NCBI GenBank assembly: GCA_038257035.1
Contig: JBBSJT010000023.1
Location: 1 to 24,070, forward strand
DNA: 24,070 bases
Direction of reading: 5' to 3'
From: Chlamydiia bacterium
GTDB lineage: Bacteria > Chlamydiota > Chlamydiia > Chlamydiales > Parachlamydiaceae
The notes under the pieces were generated by a model, which saw nothing but the letters and a program-made list of their open reading frames with translations, had not been told where the DNA came from and made no database searches. The position numbers and the translations under genes were made by a program. Positions 8,612 to 17,059 of the stretch are shown here, piece by piece (the first letter of the stretch is position 1; each line of letters opens with the position of its first letter).

Positions 8612-8845
8612 TACCGTTTCTGTGGATTTTTTTACCGCGAAGGACGCGAAGAAGCGCGCCGAAGCGCGGGAGAAACGCGAAGAAGCGCAGCTTACACTGC
8701 GAAGAAAAATGAAAAAAGGAAGTTCATGTTGTAATAGCCATTAACTTTCCGCGCTTTTTAAGCGCGCTCTCTTCGCGCTTCTTCCCGCAAGCTATGCTTG
8801 CGCTTCTTCGCGTTCTTCGCGGTAAAAAAATCCCCACAAACGGTA
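8612..8845. repeat. GC-rich intergenic palindromic element (REP/MITE-like)
   Basis: Left arm TACCGTTT..TGTGGATTTTTTTACCGCGAAGGACGCGAAGAAGCGC pairs with right arm GCGCTTCTTCGCGTTCTTCGCGGTAAAAAAATCC..CACAAACGGTA. Internal CGCGAAGAAGCGC repeats; a partial extra arm lies near 8874-8892. Confidence 0.85.
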
Positions 8846-8921
8846 AAAAGCCCTCATAAACTAGTTATTTAAAGTTCTTCGCAGTAAAAAAACTTTGTGG
8901 TGAAAAAAAGTAAGGAAAATT

Positions 8922-10541
8922 ATGCTTAAGCAACTTTTAATCAAAAACATCATTTTAATTGAATCGGCAACCATTTCCTTTGAAAAAGGGTTAAATGTGC
9001 TTTCAGGTGAAACAGGTTCCGGTAAATCTGCCATCATGAAAGCCTTAAGCCTTGCTTTGGGCGGAAAAGCTGACACAAAATCGATCAGGCGTGACTCTGA
9101 AAAAGGAGTTGTCGAAGTTTTTTTTGATATCGATCGCGAACCTTACATTCAACACCTTCTAGATGAAGCAGGCATCGACCATGGACAAGGTGAAGAGCTG
9201 ATTATTCGTCGCGAGATTACCTTAAATGGAAAAAGCAGATGCTTTATCAACAATCAAGCAGCTCAAATTAAGTTGCTTGCTCAAATAGGCTCACTCCTTG
9301 CACGCATTGTGGGTCAGCATGCAAACCAATGGCTTTTATCTGTGGATAAACATCGTGAGATTATCGATATTTTCGGAGAACTTGAAAAAGATGTCCGAGA
9401 ATTTGGCTTAAACTTTAGCGAGGAAACAAGGGTTGCAAGGCAGCTTGAAGAATTGATTGAAAATGAATCTAAAAGATTACGCGCAATCGATGTTTGCACC
9501 CAAGAAATAGAAGAGCTTGAAGAAGCTAACTTAAAAAATGGCGAAGATGAAGAGCTATTTTCAGAATATAGTCTTCTCATTCATGCTGAGTCCAGGGCTT
9601 CGAAAGCCACTGAAATTAGCGATGCGCTTTCCGGGGAAAGATCGTCTTTAATCGGGATGTTGAATCGGCAGAATATGAACCTAAATGAGCTTTGCCGCAT
9701 TGACGCTTCACTTAATGATACGGCAACAAGTTTTAAAAATGCCATCATCGAAATTCAAGAAGTCATTTATACAATAAACGCTTACCGCTCACATATTGAA
9801 TATAACCCTGAAAGAGTCATTCAACTTAACGATCGATTAGCACTCATTACAAAGCTTAAAAAGAAATACGGCAACAGTTTGGATGAGATTGAAAATTACA
9901 AAAAATCGGCCATGGAAAAATTAAAAGAACTTGAAAACCAGGATTTGCTTGTTGAAACATTAAAAATTGAACTTGCAGCATTGCAAGAAAAAAATAATGA
10001 GCTCGCTAATAAATTAAGTACTAAACGAAAAGCTAAAGCTAAAAAGTTTGAAAAAGCCATTATGTTGCAACTTCAAGCATTGAACATGCCAAAAGTCATC
10101 TTTGAAGTAGAATTTACAAAACAAAAAAGAAATTGTAGAGGTGATGACCTCATTGAATTTTATCTAATCCCGAACGTTGGGGAGCATAAAATTCCAATTA
10201 AAGCCTCTGCTAGTGGTGGTGAGCTTTCAAGGATACTTCTTGCCATCCAAGCATTATTAGCTGACAAAGAGCGCATACCCACCCTAATTTTTGATGAGAT
10301 CGATGCCAATATTGGCGGAGAGACAGCCTTTATCGTGGGAACCAAATTAAAAGAGATCGGCAACAACACTCAAGTACTTTGCATCACCCATTTTCCACAA
10401 GTTGCAAGTCAAGCGGATCATCACTTTCAAATATCTAAAAGAGAAGATAACGGACGCACATTCACGCACGTGATAGCTTTAAGCCAAGAAGAGCGCCTTG
10501 ATGAAATATCCAGAATGCTTGGTAAATGTAAAGAATATTGA
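8922..10541 (+). CDS. recN: DNA repair protein RecN
   Basis: Walker A SGETGSGKS, GQH Q-loop, coiled coil, signature ASGGELSR, Walker B LIFDEID, and ITHFPQVA. Confidence 0.97.
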   Translation: MLKQLLIKNIILIESATISFEKGLNVLSGETGSGKSAIMKALSLALGGKADTKSIRRDSEKGVVEVFFDIDREPYIQHLLDEAGIDHGQGEELIIRREITLNGKSRCFINNQAAQIKLLAQIGSLLARIVGQHANQWLLSVDKHREIIDIFGELEKDVREFGLNFSEETRVARQLEELIENESKRLRAIDVCTQEIEELEEANLKNGEDEELFSEYSLLIHAESRASKATEISDALSGERSSLIGMLNRQNMNLNELCRIDASLNDTATSFKNAIIEIQEVIYTINAYRSHIEYNPERVIQLNDRLALITKLKKKYGNSLDEIENYKKSAMEKLKELENQDLLVETLKIELAALQEKNNELANKLSTKRKAKAKKFEKAIMLQLQALNMPKVIFEVEFTKQKRNCRGDDLIEFYLIPNVGEHKIPIKASASGGELSRILLAIQALLADKERIPTLIFDEIDANIGGETAFIVGTKLKEIGNNTQVLCITHFPQVASQADHHFQISKREDNGRTFTHVIALSQEERLDEISRMLGKCKEY

Positions 10542-10601
10542 CAAATATAAAAAATTAAGATAAAAAAAACCTTTTCATCTAATTTTCAACGGAGTCACAT
10601 A

Positions 10602-11552
10602 ATGAAAAAATCACTTTACACCCTTTTGGCAGCCTTCAGCCTTGCTGTTACTTTTTGTCATGCCGATTACGATCAGATTGACTTTGTCGATACACAGTTG
10701 CCAAAAGATAATAGCGGTGTAAAACCTGCATTTCTTGAAGGTGGATCGGGCGCCTTTGCCATAGAAACAAATAGCGACTTCATCTCGAAAGCCAACTTCA
10801 CAAAAAATGCTCTTAAGCATCAGGGAGTTTCATTTTGTGGTTTTGACATCGATGCAAGTATGATTTTTTATTATAACGAAACATATAATGAAGCTGCAAA
10901 TATTGAAATTGGATATAACCGAACCAATATTCATTGGAAACAAAATGAATATTTTGAGCAGAACATTTTTAATACGGCAACAGTTGCAATCGCTGCACAA
11001 ACATCTCGAATGTGCGACTGGATTTGGAAGGGTAAACTTGCCCTAAATATGGACACAGACCATTTTGAATTTGACGAATATTCTACATGGGACTTATTTA
11101 TTTGGGGTCGCTACAATTATGCCGAAAATTGGGGACTTCACATGGGTATCATATCTCTTACAGGCATGAAGATCGACCACGTCTACCCTATCTTCGGCTT
11201 TGATTGGATCATTAATGAAAAGTGGAAATTAAATGCCGTTTTTCCTGTAAATATGTCTGTTGTGTATGTGATCGATGACTATTGGTATGTAGAGTTGAAA
11301 GGTCGAGCGTTTGAAACAAGAAATCGTGTTGGCAAACATGAGAATTTATCTCGGGCACTTATTCAATATTTTAATAAGGGTATTGAATTTGGCATAAACT
11401 ATGATGTGGGCAGCTGGATTGAATCTAACATCCACGCAGGTTATACTTTTGGCGGCCATTTAAAGATCGCTAACAAAAACAACAATAACTCCCATCGCTT
11501 TAAATTTGGATCATCTGCCTATGTTGGCGCAGAAGTCTTAGTGCGTTACTAA
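10602..11552 (+). CDS. Putative outer-membrane beta-barrel protein
   Basis: Signal peptide MKKSLYTLLAAFSLAVTFCHA, alternating amphipathic strands, C-terminal YVGAEVLVRY (beta-signal-like); SD GGAG upstream. Confidence 0.72.
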   Translation: MKKSLYTLLAAFSLAVTFCHADYDQIDFVDTQLPKDNSGVKPAFLEGGSGAFAIETNSDFISKANFTKNALKHQGVSFCGFDIDASMIFYYNETYNEAANIEIGYNRTNIHWKQNEYFEQNIFNTATVAIAAQTSRMCDWIWKGKLALNMDTDHFEFDEYSTWDLFIWGRYNYAENWGLHMGIISLTGMKIDHVYPIFGFDWIINEKWKLNAVFPVNMSVVYVIDDYWYVELKGRAFETRNRVGKHENLSRALIQYFNKGIEFGINYDVGSWIESNIHAGYTFGGHLKIANKNNNNSHRFKFGSSAYVGAEVLVRY

Positions 11553-11567
11553 TCCCTTTTATCTTAC

Positions 11568-11600
11568 AAATGGAAGCCAAATATCTTTGGCTTCCATTTT
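11568..11600 (+). terminator. Intrinsic terminator hairpin after the beta-barrel gene
   Basis: Perfect 14-bp stem AAATGGAAGCCAAA / TTTGGCTTCCATTT with a TATC loop, starting 16 nt after the stop codon. Confidence 0.8.
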
Positions 11601-11720
11601 CTACCCCTTTCACAAAAATACGTTAAAAACTTTTAAGGTAATAAAGCTACTTTATATACCAACTTCGATTTTTTTCATTTTAGGGTAATGTATATGGTCA
11701 ATGAGAATTTAAATAATTAG

Positions 11721-11749
11721 TTGACTTTTAATTTAATTTTTGTTAAGAT
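11721..11749 (+). promoter_or_regulatory. Sigma70/sigma66-type promoter
   Basis: TTGACT-N17-TAAGAT with an extended -10 TG; SD AGAGGT precedes ATG 11772. Confidence 0.6.
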
Positions 11750-11771
11750 TTTGATAAAAAAGAGGTGTTAT

Positions 11772-12170
11772 ATGATCCATTCAGATATTGTTAGTTACTC
11801 TAATTATCTTTTACAAAATCCTAAAGTCAATCACTTCGGTTGTGACATAGACTACATTTCCCGTCTAAAGAGATTAATTAACGTCATTAAAGATGTCGGT
11901 AACACTATTGAATATGGGACGACACTTAAAACTCCCAAATTAAATACTAACGATCAACTTTGCATTTATAACAATATTAAACCTTATTTTTACCCGACTG
12001 ATTTGCCAGCTCGGGCTCAATATAGCGATGTTTCGTTGTTGGTGAGTAGAGGTAATCCAAATTCGATCGTAAGCTTCCTTCCTCCGGAAATCGTCCATCA
12101 TATTTTAAGCTTGAAAAACCAACTCGGTTTTATGAGTTACCCAGCTCTTAGTAAACATTACAGTAAATAA
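11772..12170 (+). CDS. Hypothetical protein with C-terminal F-box-like motif
   Basis: Start moved to ATG 11772 based on SD and promoter. C-terminal FLPPEIVHHILSL resembles the L-P-x-E-I-x-x-x-I-L F-box core. Confidence 0.6.
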   Translation: MIHSDIVSYSNYLLQNPKVNHFGCDIDYISRLKRLINVIKDVGNTIEYGTTLKTPKLNTNDQLCIYNNIKPYFYPTDLPARAQYSDVSLLVSRGNPNSIVSFLPPEIVHHILSLKNQLGFMSYPALSKHYSK

Positions 12171-12185
12171 TTAAAATAATTACTA

Positions 12186-12214
12186 TTGATTTAATATCAT
12201 TTATGTGTTAAAAT
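12186..12214 (+). promoter_or_regulatory. Sigma70/sigma66-type promoter
   Basis: TTGATT-N17-TAAAAT with an extended -10 TG; AAGGT SD precedes ATG 12243. Confidence 0.55.
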
Positions 12215-12242
12215 TTATTTTAAACATCAAAAAAAGGTATTT

Positions 12243-14411
12243 ATGAATCTTGAATTTAATGATGGAAATATTATTCAGCAAATTTCAACTGCACTGAATA
12301 ATGAAAAAAAAGAGACTTCGAATAACAATCAATTTTATCATGATGTTTTATCAGTCTTATTAAGTAAACTTAATTCTGATGATGTCGCAAGCTTAGCAAT
12401 GACAAATAAGTCTTTATTAAAAAATTGCAGTACATTTTCCTTCAACTCTAATTTAAAAAAACCATCCACTCCCATCCAAATCGAGCAACACAAAAAAGGA
12501 TTTCTTAATAAACTTAAAACTAGTGCAGTCTCTTTATTCAATGAGCCTAAAAAAATGCGCCCAAGCGAGGTTTTTCCCGATTCCAGACCTTTTACTCGCT
12601 GGTGGTGGTTGAATGGACCCTTTACTAAAGTCGATATAAAAGCTCAGCTTATATGGATGAAAAAACAAGGTTTTGGTGGGGTAGAATTAGCTTGGCTATA
12701 TCCAAGTTGGGATGATCGAAAAGATTCGCTTGAATGCAAAAGAATGGATTGGTTAAGCGAAGATTTTAAGAAGACTATTACATACACAAAAAAATGTGCC
12801 GAAAAACTAGGCCTTGGCTGCGATTTCACACTTGGAAGTGCTTGGCCATTTGGAGGTTCATTTCTTGAGGCCGAAGATTGTTCTCAAACTTTTACAGGTC
12901 CATCTCTTCAGGCAATTGAGGGCTCATGGGAATCGCCAAAACATACACCCGTTCTTAATCACCTTTCAAAAAAAGCTCTTCAAAATTATGTAGATCATAT
13001 GCGGAATGCATTTGAGCCGGCTTTAAAAGGGCGACCCTCTTCTCTTTTTTGCGATTCACTCGAAATTTCAAATGATACAGTATGGAATGAAGACCTTTGG
13101 AAAAAATTTGAAGATCGCTTTGGTTATTGTTTAAGAAATCATTTAAACGAATTGGAAACCAACCCTCATATTCGTTATGATTCAAGAAAAATTTTATCAG
13201 AAGCCATTCTTAAAAATTTCTATGAACCTTTTACAGCTTTAAGTAACCAAATGGGGGCAAAATCAAGAGTTCAATGTCATGGGGCACCAACTGACCTTCT
13301 TTCAGCTTATGCTTTTGCTGATGTGCCTGAATCTGAATCTCTCCTTTTTGATCCCTGGTTTTCTAGAATACCGGCATCAGCAACTTGTCTTAGTGGCCGA
13401 TCGGTCACAAGCTGTGAAACATTCACATGTATTTATGGTTTCCGTCGAAAAACAAATGGAAAGGAACAGATTTTAGATTTAAAACTTCTCTATGATGCTG
13501 TATTAGCAAACGGGGTCAATCAGATTGTTTGGCATGGGATGCCCTATAACCCAATCAACGATCCAATTAATAAATTTTTTGCCTCTGTGCATGTCGGACC
13601 GGATGCTAATTTTGTGGATCAATTGCCTAAATTCAACCAATATATGGCAACTACATGCAATCTTATGAGATTAGGAGTTAATGCTCATCGAATGGCGGTT
13701 TATTTGCCTAATGAAGATATGATGATGCTGGGCGAGCTTCCAGATGAATATAAAAAAAGACCCGGTGCTTTATCTCATTGGGAAATGAGGTTTGTACAAC
13801 CAAAAAAAGAGACGACAGGCTATTTCCCTGTATGGCTTTCCGGTGACATGCTTTCAAAAGTTAAAATTGTCGACGGGAATCTTTGTTGTGGCGATATGAA
13901 CGTTCCCTATTTGTATATCGATGTCGAATGGTTAGATATCGATGCCGTTTCAGAACTTCTTCGGTTGGTAAAAGAAGGCGGAAAAATTATCTTAAATAAC
14001 AAGCCAAAGCAACCGGGCTTTATTCCCCACGACAATTACGAAGTTCTTCTTAAAGATCTTATGGATCACAAAAACACTTTAAAAAACTTAAAAGAAGCTG
14101 ATGTAACGCCCCTTTTACAAGGTAAAAATCTACCTAACTACTGGGCACGGGAATATAAAGGAGAATTGTACCTATTCCTTGCACATCCAAGTACAAAAGA
14201 TGTAAAATACCCTATGCGTTATTGTCAATTCCAGGAATCTAAGAATGAAAAGAGAAATATAACAATTAATCATGGTGAAAATACTATTCATTTGGATTTG
14301 GAATTTGAGGCAAATGAATCTATTATGCTAAAAATTGGTACTTGCGGAAAAGTGACTAAAATTGCACTTGATGCTGATTTTGAAGCTCATTTGTCCCAGC
14401 AAGACTCATAA
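12243..14411 (+). CDS. GH106 (alpha-L-rhamnosidase-like) glycoside hydrolase with F-box-like N-terminal extension
   Basis: SRPFTRWWWLNG, GFGGVE, LGSAWPFGG, FCDSLE, DVPESE, SCETFT and GVNQIVWHG are GH106 hallmarks. About 110 extra N-terminal residues include DVLSVLLSKLNSDDVASLAMTNKSL. No Sec signal peptide. Confidence 0.82.
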   Translation: MNLEFNDGNIIQQISTALNNEKKETSNNNQFYHDVLSVLLSKLNSDDVASLAMTNKSLLKNCSTFSFNSNLKKPSTPIQIEQHKKGFLNKLKTSAVSLFNEPKKMRPSEVFPDSRPFTRWWWLNGPFTKVDIKAQLIWMKKQGFGGVELAWLYPSWDDRKDSLECKRMDWLSEDFKKTITYTKKCAEKLGLGCDFTLGSAWPFGGSFLEAEDCSQTFTGPSLQAIEGSWESPKHTPVLNHLSKKALQNYVDHMRNAFEPALKGRPSSLFCDSLEISNDTVWNEDLWKKFEDRFGYCLRNHLNELETNPHIRYDSRKILSEAILKNFYEPFTALSNQMGAKSRVQCHGAPTDLLSAYAFADVPESESLLFDPWFSRIPASATCLSGRSVTSCETFTCIYGFRRKTNGKEQILDLKLLYDAVLANGVNQIVWHGMPYNPINDPINKFFASVHVGPDANFVDQLPKFNQYMATTCNLMRLGVNAHRMAVYLPNEDMMMLGELPDEYKKRPGALSHWEMRFVQPKKETTGYFPVWLSGDMLSKVKIVDGNLCCGDMNVPYLYIDVEWLDIDAVSELLRLVKEGGKIILNNKPKQPGFIPHDNYEVLLKDLMDHKNTLKNLKEADVTPLLQGKNLPNYWAREYKGELYLFLAHPSTKDVKYPMRYCQFQESKNEKRNITINHGENTIHLDLEFEANESIMLKIGTCGKVTKIALDADFEAHLSQQDS

Positions 14412-16311
14412 CGCTCTTTAAACTCATCCAATGTGCTGCAAAGCGCTATGCAATCGGGAAGAACGGTATATCTAGAAAGGGTTGGTGGCTCCAATCCATT
14501 AAGCTTATATAGAATGTAATGCAGCTCAAGCATGGTTTGAGAATTCCCCCTTACTGTCGGCATAAGTTGCACACCTTTCCAATAGAATTCTGCAATTTTA
14601 CCTTCAAATTCTGTAATGCTTTGAGGGTCCTGAAGATCCACTTTTGCATTAACAAGGTTTTTCCAATCCTTAGAAATTCCTATTTGATCAAACCAATGTG
14701 GATTAGACCTTTCAGCTATAGGAACATTCTTGTCAAAGATCGGTTTTGAATGATAGAATTGTAATGCGGGTTCATAATTACTAGCTGTTGATGCAATTGT
14801 AGTTAGCTTAAAGGATGAATTTTTATCAGAGGCAATGGATATATTGAATGAATTTATACTAGCCTTAGAAACATTTGGGTTTTCATATTTATTATCTAAC
14901 TTTTCAATTGCAAATTTTTTAAAAATCGCATAACGCGTTAATATGGGTGTTTGACCTATGCCCATTCTCCAAGGGTTTTCTCTGTGGAGTTGATCATTGT
15001 TAAATAGGCAGATTCCAAAGTTTTTGAGGGATCGAGTTTTAATTCTTCTATAACTTTATTAACAAGCTGAAGATGTTTTTCACCGTATCCTTGTTGTTGT
15101 TGCTCATAATTCTCATAATTTTTTCCATAAGCTTGAAACACCTCTTGTTGGTGCATTGGATTAGGAAAGCGTGAAATTAATTTACCGGCGGCAGAATTGA
15201 ATTTATTGGCTTCGTTTAATAATGTGTCGCTAATCAATCCATTACTTTTAAGTAAAAGGGTCAGCTCATTAACTTCGTTTTTATTCGAATTTAAAAAATA
15301 TTCTGTAAGTTTATTTGGCTTTAACTCTTCAGGAATATTTTTGAACTCAGATAATGCAAACTCTTTCCATTTAGGGTTTATGTTTTTCATTAAACTTAAA
15401 TTTCCTTGGGAATGGGCTTGTTTGCTAAAATCAGAAATTTGGCTCTCGGTCAATTTTTGATCCATAATAGGCAAAATATCTTCTAAAAATTTCTCTAAGT
15501 TTGCATTTACACATTTTTTTATAAGTTCGTTTTTGCCATTACGATCCGAAAATTTTACAATCAATCCCACAATGTTTAAATCTTGTTCTTCGATGGCTCG
15601 CGCCATTACTTTTTCTATATTAGGAAGCTTCCCATCATTAATTTCTATTAGCGATTCAGCTAAATCTACATTTAAAGCCGTTATTGATTTCTCAATGATA
15701 TCTTCTAGATCTTTACCCGTTGTTTTAGTTAGTTTAACCAATTTGCAAATATTCTCATGCATATCATGGGGTACATTAATAAAACTTGAGACCAAACCCA
15801 CTCCCGCTTGAAGAACAGTATTTGCTTGTTGTTCATTTAATTCATATATATTAAAGCGCGGATTACTTAATAGAGCAAGAATGGCGTTGTCATCTACTAA
15901 AAAGCGTGATAGTAAGTGTTCCATAATAAGATTTGCCATTTGGGGGTTATTATCCATAACATCCAAAACAGTATTCACATAAATTTCAATAGCAATCATC
16001 TGATCTTTCACATCTTCTTTTCCCTTATTGCTTCTATAAATATTTCTTGCAAATGTCTGTAAAGAAGCATTCACTTCATCATTGCTTCCATTCAACATCC
16101 CCTGATTTATATTCTCATGAAAAATGCCCACCTCTTTCCCTAAGTCAAAAGGTGCTGTTTTATGTATTTCTGTTTGCACAATCTGCAATCTTGTTTTTTC
16201 TTTAGGAGTAAATGAAAATTCTTTTATTGCGTTTTTAATATTATCAATTTTTTTATTGACGCTATTAAAAACATTTATTTGAAAGCTTCTGCCTACTGAT
16301 GCCGGTTCCAT
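14387..16311 (-). pseudogene. Frameshifted paralog of the AvrB-type Fido protein at 17060..18991 (ORF fragments 14956..16311 and 14387..14965)
   Basis: The two fragments align colinearly to the N- and C-terminal parts of the intact paralog (LISRFPNP, QQQQGYG; TPIL.RY, EFYWKGVQLMPT.RGNSQ, LPDCIALCSTL). The frame break is at about 15002-15004. Confidence 0.82.
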
Positions 16312-16324
16312 AAACCCTCTTTAG

Positions 16325-16924
16325 CTATTTCTTTGTTTTAAGGTAATCTAATGCAGCTATTGCCTGTTCTTTGATGGCTTCATTTTCCTTTGCAGCTTCA
16401 AGAAACTCTTCAAGTTCTACAAAATCTTGAATATTTTCATAACAGCGAATGAGCCCGATGTATGGGGTAAAATCGTCAGGGTCTGACACTTTTATGGCGG
16501 TTTTAAAACAATTAATTGCTTTATACTGATCAAGATTTTTTTCATACGCTAAACCAAGACCAATCCAGAACGCGGGAACATACGGGTTTATGGTAGTTAA
16601 GAAAAGAAAAGTAGTGATTGCTTTGTCAAGATAACAATTATGATAAAAAGATGTCGCTATTTCATAAAAAAGAAATTGAACATCCGAAGAAAAATTACCA
16701 TGAATAGAATCTGTTTTTGAAAAAAACTCCGATTCGATCTCATCTTTGATGATTTCCAACTCTTCTGAAAACTGAAAATCTTCTATAGGTATGGGTTTAA
16801 TGTTAGGATCGCTCGAATAATAGCCAACCTTTGAATTTTTAAGTATTTCTTCCGCTAGAAGAAGGTACCCTTGCTCAAAGGATTTAATATCAATTTTTTC
16901 GTTTTTAATATGCATTAAAAACAC
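16325..16924 (-). CDS. SycD/LcrH-like TPR protein (class II T3SS chaperone-like)
   Basis: FYEIATSFYHNCYLDKAITTFLFLTTINPYVPAFWIGLGLAY...AINCF...PYIGLIRCY gives the typical tandem-TPR pattern; acidic, about 199 aa. Confidence 0.75.
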   Translation of the reverse strand: MFLMHIKNEKIDIKSFEQGYLLLAEEILKNSKVGYYSSDPNIKPIPIEDFQFSEELEIIKDEIESEFFSKTDSIHGNFSSDVQFLFYEIATSFYHNCYLDKAITTFLFLTTINPYVPAFWIGLGLAYEKNLDQYKAINCFKTAIKVSDPDDFTPYIGLIRCYENIQDFVELEEFLEAAKENEAIKEQAIAALDYLKTKK

Positions 16925-17059
16925 CTAATCCGTTAATAAATCATTATAACCTAATTACACCACTGTTAAATCATTAATAACATAGTGATTTTTTTAAATA
17001 TGACATACTAAGACAAGTAACTGTTCAAACGATTGAATCCTAATTATTTTATACGAAAT

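Noticed and set aside
8612..8845. CRISPR array or tRNA
   Set aside because: The repeats are inverted and irregular with no unique spacers, no cas genes are present, and no cloverleaf or T-loop motif is visible.
10538..10566. Promoter TTGACA-N17-TAAAAA overlapping the recN stop
   Set aside because: The -35 is perfect but the -10 is weak in an A-rich tract; not supported enough to list.
14960..14990. Programmed -1 ribosomal frameshift joining the two Fido fragments
   Set aside because: No canonical X XXY YYZ slippery site in frame, and alignment to the paralog indicates missing sequence upstream.
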